From: a virus | Lineage: Duplodnaviria; Caudoviricetes | Direction: 5' to 3' (one strand) | IMG/VR virus record: IMGVR_UViG_3300032243_000848 | Location: 1-26,030 of that record | Length of the DNA: 26,030 nt | Shown: positions 1 to 6,446 of the stretch, piece after piece | How the letters are laid out: the number at the start of each line of letters is the position of its first letter | How positions within the stretch are numbered: the first letter of the stretch is position 1 | The notes under the pieces: model-generated | The model's input: only the letters and a program-made list of their open reading frames with translations | Told to the model about the DNA's origin: nothing | The model's database searches: none | Translations under genes and position numbers: made by a program

Positions 1-1407
1 GAAACTTTGCACATACTTTTGTATGAAAGCAGCCAGTCGTTGTTTATACAACGGGCTGTCTAATAAAGTTTTCTTTGGCTGACTCATTACTTCTTCTCTT
101 GTATAGCCCAGACCGATAAACACATTGGTGTCCCAACTGTCTGCTGCAGTGGCTCGGGCTATCTTTAAATTAAAGTAATCACGTAATCGTTCTGTGTCAA
201 CACTATTTGTTATATCAGTGACCCAACCCAAGTCAGTGAACCTAATGCCATATTTTTCATAATTTAGTTCTATATGGCTGTTCGTGTCCTTTGTGAGATC
301 TGGCGAAACATAATAACTGTAAAAAACTGTACCCAACTTATTTTTGTAAACCCATTGAAAAGTATCGTGCATACTCTTTAATGATTCGTAAGGCAAGCCC
401 AGTACTAAATTAACTGTGATATTAACATCTTGCCAAGTGGTCTGTTGTATTTCGGGAACCCATTCTCGAGCGTGAGTACCGGACCAAGGTTTAGCAATGG
501 CTCTACTGGCTTTTTTGTCTAATGTTTCTATACCTAGATGACAACCGCGCAGGCCAGATTCTACCAGCATTGCTGCACTATCCTTGTGTCGTTGTACAAG
601 GTCGCCACGTAGATGTGCTGTATACTCTAATTTAAAAGGCAAGGACTGACTCATACGAGTCCATTGCTCCACTTTGATCATATCATCATTAAATGTGTCG
701 TCCAATAACTGATATCTTGTTACACCCCAGCGTTCGTAGTTTTCAATGAGTTCATCTTTAATTAAACTCATATCTCTAATCAATGTACCTGGACGCTTGC
801 CTAGATTTTCAAATGAACAAAATTTGCATTTAAAAATACAACCCCTACTGGTTTCCAATGGCAATGTTTCATTGGGTTGTATAAAATCCTGATCGTGCCA
901 TTTAAAGTCACAGGTTGCAATATCGTAATGTGGGACTATATATTTTGTTATACCGTTGTTTTTAACGCTGTCCAAGAACGGGCCTATTTCATTTTCACAT
1001 TTATTGCTTATAATATAATCAGCACGTAAAAAGTCTTCCCAAAAATTAGCATTAAATCCGCCTATTAAGATTTTACAATTATATTTCTGTTTTACATAGT
1101 CAACAATGGACTGTGTCTTGAGCATTAAATCATCTGGTTTGCCAAAAAATAATAAATGACTTACACTTATACTGAAAATTGTATTTTTGTCTACTAGTTT
1201 GTCAATTAAGTTTAAAACCACATCAGTTGGTATAAACTGTACAAAATCAATTATCTGTGTAGTGTATCCGGCCGCACGAGCCTGCCGAGCTACCTTGTAT
1301 GGGCCTTGCAGTCTATGTGGTATGGAATATATTTTATCTTCTGTGTATCGGAAGTTAGTGTCATCGTTGCACAGTCCTGACAAGATAAGTAAATCTGTTT
1401 TGTGCAT
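1..1407 (-). CDS. B12-binding-type (class B-like) radical SAM protein, 3' end outside window
   Basis: Not in ORF track. Open frame from ATG 1407 (MHKTDLLILSG...) to the window edge. Motifs ETSRGCIFKCKFC (CxxxCxxC, ~818-841), LLDDTF, GIETL, LVLGLPYE, plus an N-terminal QIIDF...ILIGG region typical of cobalamin-binding radical SAM enzymes. Confidence 0.85.
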   Translation of the reverse strand, partial: MHKTDLLILSGLCNDDTNFRYTEDKIYSIPHRLQGPYKVARQARAAGYTTQIIDFVQFIPTDVVLNLIDKLVDKNTIFSISVSHLLFFGKPDDLMLKTQSIVDYVKQKYNCKILIGGFNANFWEDFLRADYIISNKCENEIGPFLDSVKNNGITKYIVPHYDIATCDFKWHDQDFIQPNETLPLETSRGCIFKCKFCSFENLGKRPGTLIRDMSLIKDELIENYERWGVTRYQLLDDTFNDDMIKVEQWTRMSQSLPFKLEYTAHLRGDLVQRHKDSAAMLVESGLRGCHLGIETLDKKASRAIAKPWSGTHAREWVPEIQQTTWQDVNITVNLVLGLPYESLKSMHDTFQWVYKNKLGTVFYSYYVSPDLTKDTNSHIELNYEKYGIRFTDLGWVTDITNSVDTERLRDYFNLKIARATAADSWDTNVFIGLGYTREEVMSQPKKTLLDSPLYKQRLAAFIQKYVQSF

Positions 1408-1413
1408 AAGTTA

Positions 1414-1425
1414 TATTTATAAATA
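1414..1425. promoter_or_regulatory. Palindromic bidirectional T4-type late promoter TATTTATAAATA
   Basis: TATAAATA on + (1418-1425) and on - (1414-1421), 4 and 6 nt from the divergent ATGs. Confidence 0.75.
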
Positions 1426-1429
1426 GAGT

Positions 1430-1969
1430 ATGCTGTATAAAGAAATGGCTTTTGAATTTCAGGATCAAATAACTGAAAAACTACAAAAGCAGTTTATCAA
1501 ACCAAAATATATGATTGGGGATATTCCTCATTATAGTGTTCGATTAACCTACGAAGAAGTTGATGCCGTTGTTCCCGAACTAACAGAGCAGTTCCGCGCT
1601 ATGAATTTAGAGTACGATATGTTTCGTACTTTTGCGGCTAAAGCAAAAGCTGTAACCACAATACACAGAGATGGTGTAGAAGGTGACTGGAAAAATCTGG
1701 CACTTAACTGGCCACTGTACAACTGCAATCACAGTCATATGTGTTGGTACAATTTGAAACCAGGCACGCAGAATACAAATCTACCCAATCTTCCTTATAA
1801 TGTTACAACATTTAGTAAGGAAGATTCTGTCGTACAAGACAAACTAGTACTTAAAAAGCCTACGTTTTTACGTGTAGATGTTCCCCACAATATATTAAAC
1901 TATAGCGACAAGCCCAGACTTATCATTAGTTTTAGATTTATGCCAGAGCCCTTGTGGCTATTTGAATAA
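1430..1969 (+). CDS. Cupin/2OG-Fe(II) oxygenase-like protein
   Basis: HxD (TIHRDG), distal His (DVPHNI) and terminal R-x-x-I-S-F strand. Confidence 0.65.
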   Translation: MLYKEMAFEFQDQITEKLQKQFIKPKYMIGDIPHYSVRLTYEEVDAVVPELTEQFRAMNLEYDMFRTFAAKAKAVTTIHRDGVEGDWKNLALNWPLYNCNHSHMCWYNLKPGTQNTNLPNLPYNVTTFSKEDSVVQDKLVLKKPTFLRVDVPHNILNYSDKPRLIISFRFMPEPLWLFE

Positions 1970-1970
1970 T

Positions 1971-2040
1971 ACTGGACTTGAACCGGTTCACAGTGGCTTA
2001 TCTGGCCACTGCTTTGGTGAGGTATAATCTTGCGTCTTTA
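1971..2040 (-). pseudogene. tRNA-like fragment (hairpin plus T-arm)
   Basis: CAGTGGC-CAGATAA-GCCACTG hairpin followed by ACCGG-TTCAAGT-CCAGT; no acceptor stem or CCA. Confidence 0.35.
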
Positions 2041-2065
2041 CTATTATGCTTATAAGACCTTATAT

Positions 2066-2140
2066 TGGCGTCCCGTCAGGGAGTCGAACCCCGGCCCTCA
2101 GTTTTGGAGACTGATGTGCTACCGTAACACTTACAAGACT
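2066..2140 (-). tRNA. tRNA-Trp(CCA)
   Basis: TCAGT-CTCCAAA-ACTGA anticodon arm, GGTTCGACT T-loop, 3' CCA. Confidence 0.9.
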
Positions 2141-2144
2141 TGTT

Positions 2145-2235
2145 TGGCGGAGGGCTAGAGAGTCGAACTCTAAAGGCGCTATTAACACTCGGCGGTTTTC
2201 AAGACCGTTACCGTCACCAGTCGGTTTGGCCCTCC
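2145..2235 (-). tRNA. tRNA-Ser(TGA)
   Basis: CGGT-CTTGAAA-ACCG, long variable arm, GGAGGGC/GCCCTCC acceptor, GCCA end. Confidence 0.93.
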
Positions 2236-2244
2236 GTGTAATTA

Positions 2245-2320
2245 TGGAGCGGGATATCAGGTTCGAACTGACGACCTAGTGCTTGGCAAGCACTCGCTCT
2301 ACCAACTGAGCTAATCCCGC
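2245..2320 (-). tRNA. tRNA-Gly(GCC)
   Basis: AGTGC-TTGCCAA-GCACT, GCGGGAT acceptor, TCCA end. Confidence 0.95.
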
Positions 2321-2326
2321 AATGTG

Positions 2327-2402
2327 TGGTGCCCACTGACGGGTTCGAACCGCCGACCTACTGATTACAAATCAGTTGCGCTACCAGCTGTGCCAAGTGG
2401 GC
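2327..2402 (-). tRNA. tRNA-Thr(TGT)
   Basis: ACTGA-TTTGTAA-TCAGT, GCCCACT/AGTGGGC, ACCA end. Confidence 0.95.
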
Positions 2403-2454
2403 TTTTTAAGTTAAATATTTATGTAGTAACAAACTACACTCAATAAATACCAAT

Positions 2455-2967
2455 ATGTACAAATTAGAATTCATTTGGATCAATACTAAAGAAAATAAAT
2501 TCTTTGAAGAATCTGATGCTTACGACAAAAATAAAGCTATTGAATTTTTCAAGTATTATCTAGTAAAACATAATCTCGCAACGACAACAATAGATCCAAT
2601 GGATTTCCCCCACGAAATTCATTTCAATCAGTTACCGGACGGATCGTGGACAAAAGTTGCAAGAGTATTTGGTTTTCATTCTCCTGAGCACGTGGAAGAA
2701 TATTACCTAGATGCAGCCAAAGAAGGATTATTTGGATATCCCGAAATTAAACGTCAATGGCAACAGGAACACGATATTGCAGCGGAAGTAAATATTTTAG
2801 ATGCTAAAGATAACATAGTAAAGTTATTAAGCAGTTGTCACGGAAACATTTGTGTCAAGTATGGATCTTGCGATTCTAATCTAGGTTGTAATATTAAAAC
2901 TAATTTGCCTAGATATAATGCAAAATCACAATTTCCTATATTCCACATTAAAGAATATAAAGTTTAA
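2455..2967 (+). CDS. Hypothetical protein with C-terminal Cys cluster, antisense within tRNA array
   Basis: 170-aa ORF; AATAAATA late box at 2442-2449, 5 nt before ATG; CHGNICVKYGSCDSNLGC. Confidence 0.75.
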   Translation: MYKLEFIWINTKENKFFEESDAYDKNKAIEFFKYYLVKHNLATTTIDPMDFPHEIHFNQLPDGSWTKVARVFGFHSPEHVEEYYLDAAKEGLFGYPEIKRQWQQEHDIAAEVNILDAKDNIVKLLSSCHGNICVKYGSCDSNLGCNIKTNLPRYNAKSQFPIFHIKEYKV

Positions 2968-2968
2968 T

Positions 2969-3058
2969 TGGCGGAGCGACTGGGAGTCGAACCCAGTCAC
3001 CGACTTTCATCGGTGTACGGATTAGCAATCCGCTGCCTTACCGTTCGGCCACCGCTCC
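2969..3058 (-). tRNA. tRNA-Ser(GCT)
   Basis: GCGGA-TTGCTAA-TCCGT, long variable arm, GCCA end. Confidence 0.95.
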
Positions 3059-3060
3059 TA

Positions 3061-3217
3061 TTATTGAAAAGTGTTCAAGTGCCAATTTATGCGTCCGGGG
3101 CTTCCGTGCAATAGCGTATGGCTAGTTATGTCAGGACCTGTCCCACGCCAGTTAGGCCCGCATAGTCGACACGTCTGTCAACGATACCTGATTTTCATCT
3201 TAAACACTTATCAATAA
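3061..3217 (-). ncRNA. Putative structured RNA closed by a 15-bp stem
   Basis: Inverted repeat 3061-3075/3203-3217 (14/15); internal stems GTTGACA/TGTCGAC, TATGCG/CGCATA, GGGCCT/AGGTCC. Confidence 0.55.
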
Positions 3218-3221
3218 CAGC

Positions 3222-3445
3222 AGATGCTCTGCGAACCCCGGTGGTAATTATACCGCATCAGAAATTTGGTCAGCAAGTTTGCACTTACCAATTAGTCTTT
3301 CATCACGCACGGCCTCCACCCACTTCCCGACGGGTTCCGTTCTCGTATTGCCAACGCTGTTTAAGGCTTGAACAGTACCGCCCGTGTGTGTCATCACACT
3401 TCTCATCCTCTGGGACCAGAGTATCCAGTGACGCTGGAACGTTCT
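3222..3445 (-). ncRNA. Putative ~220-nt multibranch RNA with k-turn (box C/D-like) motif
   Basis: Closing helix GATACTCTG/CAGAGCATC, GCAA tetraloop hairpins, GTGATGA...CTGA pair; GC-rich and starts directly after the tRNA-Asp CCA. Confidence 0.6.
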
Positions 3446-3521
3446 TGGCGCCCTGTAGGGGTTTCGATCCCCTTACCTCGACAGTGACAGTGTCGCGCTC
3501 TCCCAATTGAGCTAACAGAGC
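3446..3521 (-). tRNA. tRNA-Asp(GTC)
   Basis: CGACA-CTGTCAC-TGTCG; GCCA end; T-loop ATCGAAA. Confidence 0.9.
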
Positions 3522-3527
3522 AATATA

Positions 3528-3613
3528 TGGTGGAGATGGATGGATTCGAACCACCGCGCTTTTTAGGGGACAGATTTACAGTCTGTTGCAATCAACCACT
3601 CTGCCACATCTCC
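3528..3613 (-). tRNA. tRNA-Tyr(GTA)
   Basis: ACAGA-CTGTAAA-TCTGT, long variable region, ACCA end. Confidence 0.95.
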
Positions 3614-3618
3614 ATATA

Positions 3619-3694
3619 TGGTACTCCGTGGGGGAATCGAACCCCTCCTTACCGACGTGAAAGGCCGGTGTCCTAACCGATAGACGAACGGAGC
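3619..3694 (-). tRNA. tRNA-Glu(TTC)
   Basis: CCGGC-CTTTCAC-GTCGG, GCTCCGT/ACGGAGT, ACCA end. Confidence 0.93.
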
Positions 3695-3698
3695 AAAA

Positions 3699-3954
3699 CT
3701 ATATTAAAACTAACTAAGGGAACTCAAACACGATCACACCGTTGGTGTCTCCACAGGAACGTCTCCTGCTTCAGTGTTGTCATCATTACTGCCTGACTGC
3801 CCGTCACATTCAACTGCACAGCCCGAGCTGTCGTCCATATGCTTCTTGTACTACTAGCAGAGCCAACCCGTCAGTTGGTAATCCTCTCTAGCAGCTACCT
3901 AACGGATCAGGTAACCCCAAATAAGTTTTAATATAGCAACCCTTGCGGGTTACC
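3699..3954 (-). ncRNA. Putative structured RNA: GCAA hairpin plus perfect 13-bp closing stem
   Basis: CTATATTAAAACT 3699-3711 / AGTTTTAATATAG 3924-3936; preceded by GGTAACCC-GCAA-GGGTTG; many internal hairpins. Confidence 0.55.
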
Positions 3955-3974
3955 ATAAACTCACTTTCTTAACT

Positions 3975-3986
3975 TTTTAAAGAACA
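3975..3986 (-). promoter_or_regulatory. rrn-type boxA antitermination element
   Basis: TGTTCTTTAAAA (rrn boxA consensus TGCTCTTTAACA), just downstream of tandem promoters and upstream of tRNA/ncRNA genes. Confidence 0.65.
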
Positions 3987-4011
3987 GTTATTAATTGCTT
4001 AACTTGTTTCT

Positions 4012-4040
4012 ATTATAGCAAACAATTGATTTATTGTCTA
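4012..4040 (-). promoter_or_regulatory. sigma70 promoter (P2-like)
   Basis: TAGACA-17 nt-TATAAT with TGn extended -10. Confidence 0.75.
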
Positions 4041-4097
4041 CCGTTTTTTGTAACTTTACAAAATTTAAAACAGGTCAATTTCTTAACGTATGCCTAG

Positions 4098-4126
4098 ATT
4101 ATACAACCATTTCGAATAGTTGTCAA
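4098..4126 (-). promoter_or_regulatory. sigma70 promoter (P1-like)
   Basis: Perfect TTGACA-17 nt-TATAAT. Confidence 0.8.
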
Positions 4127-4199
4127 TGACCCTTTACACTGTAGGGTTATATTAATATCTAATACCTTGGTTTGCAAAAAAGTGCTCTATAAATACCTT

Positions 4200-5171
4200 A
4201 TGCAAACTGAAATACTAGACTACAGGTATACAACAACCTGGGAGTTAGAAAAGTTACTAGCGGATTCATCATTCAACAATAACTTAGAAAATAATTGGCC
4301 ACTGGTTACAACAACTTTTTCGGGTCTAGTGACCAACGATGACGAAATTGTATGGCGCGATTTTATTGGGGGCAAACGCAGGGGCAAGCCAAGTGAATTA
4401 CGTAATAGTACTATTCATAGTACACTAAGTTATGCCGGAGATCAATTGGGTTCTAGTCGTCAAGTGCTGAACGTTCACGCGGCTTGCGCTAGTTCGTTGT
4501 ATGCACTTTACACCGCTAGTCTAATGAGTCAAGACTTAAATTGTCCTGTAGTTGTTTTTTGCGCCGACAATTTAAAAACCAATTACCATCTATGGCATTT
4601 CAAAAGTTTTGGCGCACTGGATCAAGAAACAGGTCGTCCGTTTGATTCAACATCAAAAGGATTTAAAATGGGCATTGGTGCTGCTGTTTATTTGATCAAA
4701 CATCCTAGCGTTAAGCATACTATGCCAGCCAAGGCATTTGTGCAAAACTACAGTTTCTACACAAACCCTGCATTGGTGGCCAATCCCGGATCAGCACAAG
4801 ATATCGTCAACAACATTACAGGCATCAATTACAAGGCCATTGATTTTTGGAATGCTCACGCTACAGGAACTCCTGTGGGCGATGCGGTTGAACACGATTA
4901 CTTTGCCAAAACGATTACACAAGACATTCCCATTGTCAGCTACAAAGGCTACATAGGACATTGTATGAGTGCCGCCGGTGCAATTGAAATTGCTATGGCC
5001 TTGGACGGCAAGCGCGACAACCTACTGTTAGCAAACAAACTGGAAGGCAATATAATTGTCAATGACAGCAGGATCATTACCCAACCAACCAGCTTTGCAT
5101 ACAAGAAGATGTTGAAGACCAGTTTGGGCTTTGGTGGAAAAACTGCTGTTGCAGAAATTGACCTATATTAA
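4200..5171 (+). CDS. Beta-ketoacyl synthase (FabB/FabF-like ketosynthase)
   Basis: Cys-His-His triad contexts HAACASS, NAHATGTPVGD, KGYIGHCMSAAG, and C-terminal SLGFGG. Start placed at ATG 4200, 4 nt after TATAAATA (4188-4195), rather than 4167. Confidence 0.9.
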   Translation: MQTEILDYRYTTTWELEKLLADSSFNNNLENNWPLVTTTFSGLVTNDDEIVWRDFIGGKRRGKPSELRNSTIHSTLSYAGDQLGSSRQVLNVHAACASSLYALYTASLMSQDLNCPVVVFCADNLKTNYHLWHFKSFGALDQETGRPFDSTSKGFKMGIGAAVYLIKHPSVKHTMPAKAFVQNYSFYTNPALVANPGSAQDIVNNITGINYKAIDFWNAHATGTPVGDAVEHDYFAKTITQDIPIVSYKGYIGHCMSAAGAIEIAMALDGKRDNLLLANKLEGNIIVNDSRIITQPTSFAYKKMLKTSLGFGGKTAVAEIDLY

Positions 5172-5249
5172 TGGAGTAGGTGGTCAGATTTGAACTGACG
5201 GTTTTACGGATTTGCAATCCGTTCCCTTGGACCACTCGGGCACACCTAC
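5172..5249 (-). tRNA. tRNA-Cys(GCA)
   Basis: ACGGA-TTGCAAA-TCCGT; TCCA end. Confidence 0.93.
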
Positions 5250-5258
5250 ATAATCAAT

Positions 5259-5334
5259 TGGTGGAGGATACAGGGATCGAACCTGCGACCTATTGCTTGC
5301 AAAGCAACCGCTCTCCCAACTGAGCTAATCCCCC
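5259..5334 (-). tRNA. tRNA-Ala(TGC)
   Basis: GTTGC-TTTGCAA-GCAAT; G3:U70; ACCA end. Confidence 0.95.
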
Positions 5335-5344
5335 AAATTATTTT

Positions 5345-5421
5345 TGGTCGGAGTACAAGGATTCGAACCTTGGACCTCCTGGTCCCAAACCAGGCGCACT
5401 ACCAGGCTGTGCTATACTCCG
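5345..5421 (-). tRNA. tRNA-Pro(TGG)
   Basis: CCTGG-TTTGGGA-CCAGG; CGGAGTA acceptor. Confidence 0.95.
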
Positions 5422-5424
5422 AAT

Positions 5425-5500
5425 TGGTAGGACCTGCCAGGCTCGAACTGACGACATTCTGCGTGTAGGGCAGACGCTCTACCAACTGAGCTAAGGTCCT
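5425..5500 (-). tRNA. tRNA-Val(TAC), C33 variant
   Basis: TCTGC-CCTACAC-GCAGA; AGGACCT/AGGTCCT; ACCA end. Confidence 0.9.
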
Positions 5501-5504
5501 AAAT

Positions 5505-5579
5505 TGGTTGCGGGGGAAGGAATCGAACCTCCGGCTTCCAGGTTATGAGCCTGGCGGTCTACCGCTGACGTACCCCGCG
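5505..5579 (-). tRNA. tRNA-fMet(CAT), initiator type
   Basis: CGCGGGG start with C1:A72 mismatch; CCAGG-CTCATAA-CCTGG. Confidence 0.9.
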
Positions 5580-5581
5580 AT

Positions 5582-5653
5582 AATTTTGAAAGCATACACT
5601 TTTCACAAACAGAGCCTGTCTTATCAGCAGGGTACGTATACACTTACAAAATT
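5582..5653 (-). ncRNA. Small stem-closed RNA element
   Basis: ~18-bp stem 5582-5599/5636-5653 (G-U pairs on the minus strand) enclosing CCTG-CTGATAAGA-CAGG. Confidence 0.45.
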
Positions 5654-5789
5654 ATCTAAACAATCGTCTAACAATCCATTTTAACCAGAAATACTTGACA
5701 GGTCTAACCGGCCAAATATCAAAATTAAATAAAGGCAACTCTTTAGGTATGTTACCATATGCTTTTTCAATTACTTCTATGGGCTTCAT
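5652..5789 (-). CDS. Small hypothetical protein (45 aa)
   Basis: MKPIEVIEKAYGNIPKELPLFNFDIWPVRPVKYFWLKWIVRRLFR; AAGGA SD upstream; below ORF-track cutoff. Confidence 0.6.
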   Translation of the reverse strand: MKPIEVIEKAYGNIPKELPLFNFDIWPVRPVKYFWLKWIVRRLFR

Positions 5790-5806
5790 ATCTTGTCCTT
5801 TATATT

Positions 5807-5880
5807 TGGAGCGGGATATCGGAATCGAACCGATGACACTAACTTGGAAGGATAGAGTTTTACCATTAAACTAATCCCGC
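5807..5880 (-). tRNA. tRNA-Gly(TCC)
   Basis: CTATC-CTTCCAA-GTTAG (one U-U mismatch); GCGGGAT acceptor; TCCA end. Confidence 0.9.
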
Positions 5881-5890
5881 TTACTGACTA

Positions 5891-5975
5891 TGGTGGGCAA
5901 GGAGAGACTCGAACTCTCACGCCTTTCGGCGCTGGAACCTAAATCCAGTGCGGCTACCAATTACGCCACTTGCCC
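5891..5975 (-). tRNA. tRNA-Leu(TAG)
   Basis: CTGGA-TTTAGGT-TCCAG; long arm CGCC-GAAA-GGCG. Confidence 0.95.
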
Positions 5976-6001
5976 TATTTTTCTATCTTATATCTTTAGT
6001 A

Positions 6002-6077
6002 TGGCTCCCCGAGGTGGGTTCGAACCACCGACCTGCGGATTAACAGTCCGTCGCTCTACCGACTGAGCTATCAGGGA
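6002..6077 (-). tRNA. tRNA-Asn(GTT)
   Basis: ACGGA-CTGTTAA-TCCGC; GCCA end. Confidence 0.95.
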
Positions 6078-6082
6078 ATAAT

Positions 6083-6298
6083 TTATTTAACTTTTTTCAA
6101 ATACTCGCGACCAATAAAGCCTGCTTCGATTTCTTCCAATGCCGCAACTACAGGAGTACTGCTAGTAATAACCTTAGGTCTTGCTCCCTTTCGAATTTCG
6201 CGAACACGTTGACTGGCAATTAGTACTAGATCAAATCTGTTACCGCCTGCATTTTCAACGCATTTGTCTGTATCGTTCATTACTCGAATATTTTTCAT
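6083..6298 (-). CDS. rpoZ: RNA polymerase omega subunit homolog (phage-encoded)
   Basis: NRFDLVLIASQRVREIRKG...P.V...PVVAALEEIEAG omega signature; AAGG SD. Confidence 0.9.
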   Translation of the reverse strand: MKNIRVMNDTDKCVENAGGNRFDLVLIASQRVREIRKGARPKVITSSTPVVAALEEIEAGFIGREYLKKVK

Positions 6299-6316
6299 AG
6301 TTGCCTTTAAATTAGT

Positions 6317-6345
6317 ATTATACTGTATATTTTAATTGTTGTCAA
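6317..6345 (-). promoter_or_regulatory. sigma70 promoter for rpoZ and downstream tRNAs
   Basis: Perfect TTGACA(6340-6345)-17 nt-TATAAT(6317-6322). Confidence 0.8.
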
Positions 6346-6346
6346 C

Positions 6347-6446
6347 GGTATTCAAAAACACACCGGTACTCGTCGATCCGGTCAGTGGATCCGCGTCAGA
6401 ACCTTTGTTCCCGCCGCTTTTTTCATCTGGTGTGTTTTTGAATACC
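6347..6446 (-). ncRNA. Putative structured RNA with perfect 18-bp closing stem
   Basis: GGTATTCAAAAACACACC 6347-6364 / 6429-6446; internal GATCC/GGATC and GGAAC/GTTCT hairpins. Confidence 0.55.

Noticed and set aside
1187-1426. 79-aa plus-strand ORF
   Set aside because: Shadow ORF antisense to the radical SAM gene.
3241-3591. ORF-track ORFs 3241-3510, 3303-3554 and 3403-3591
   Set aside because: They overlap tRNA-Asp, tRNA-Tyr and the structured RNA, and lack SD or protein motifs.
3061-3954. tmRNA, RNase P RNA or group I intron identity for the ncRNAs
   Set aside because: Their conserved signature sequences were not found by eye.
5600-5635. Hammerhead-like CTGATAAG...GAAA (also CTGACG in 6347-6446)
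   Set aside because: Core spacing and the three-stem junction do not fit CUGANGA/GAAA/UH.
6347-6446. Inverted repeats as MITE/IS ends or a CRISPR array
   Set aside because: No transposase, target-site duplication or repeated direct units; G-U-compatible mismatches in the sister stems favour RNA helices.
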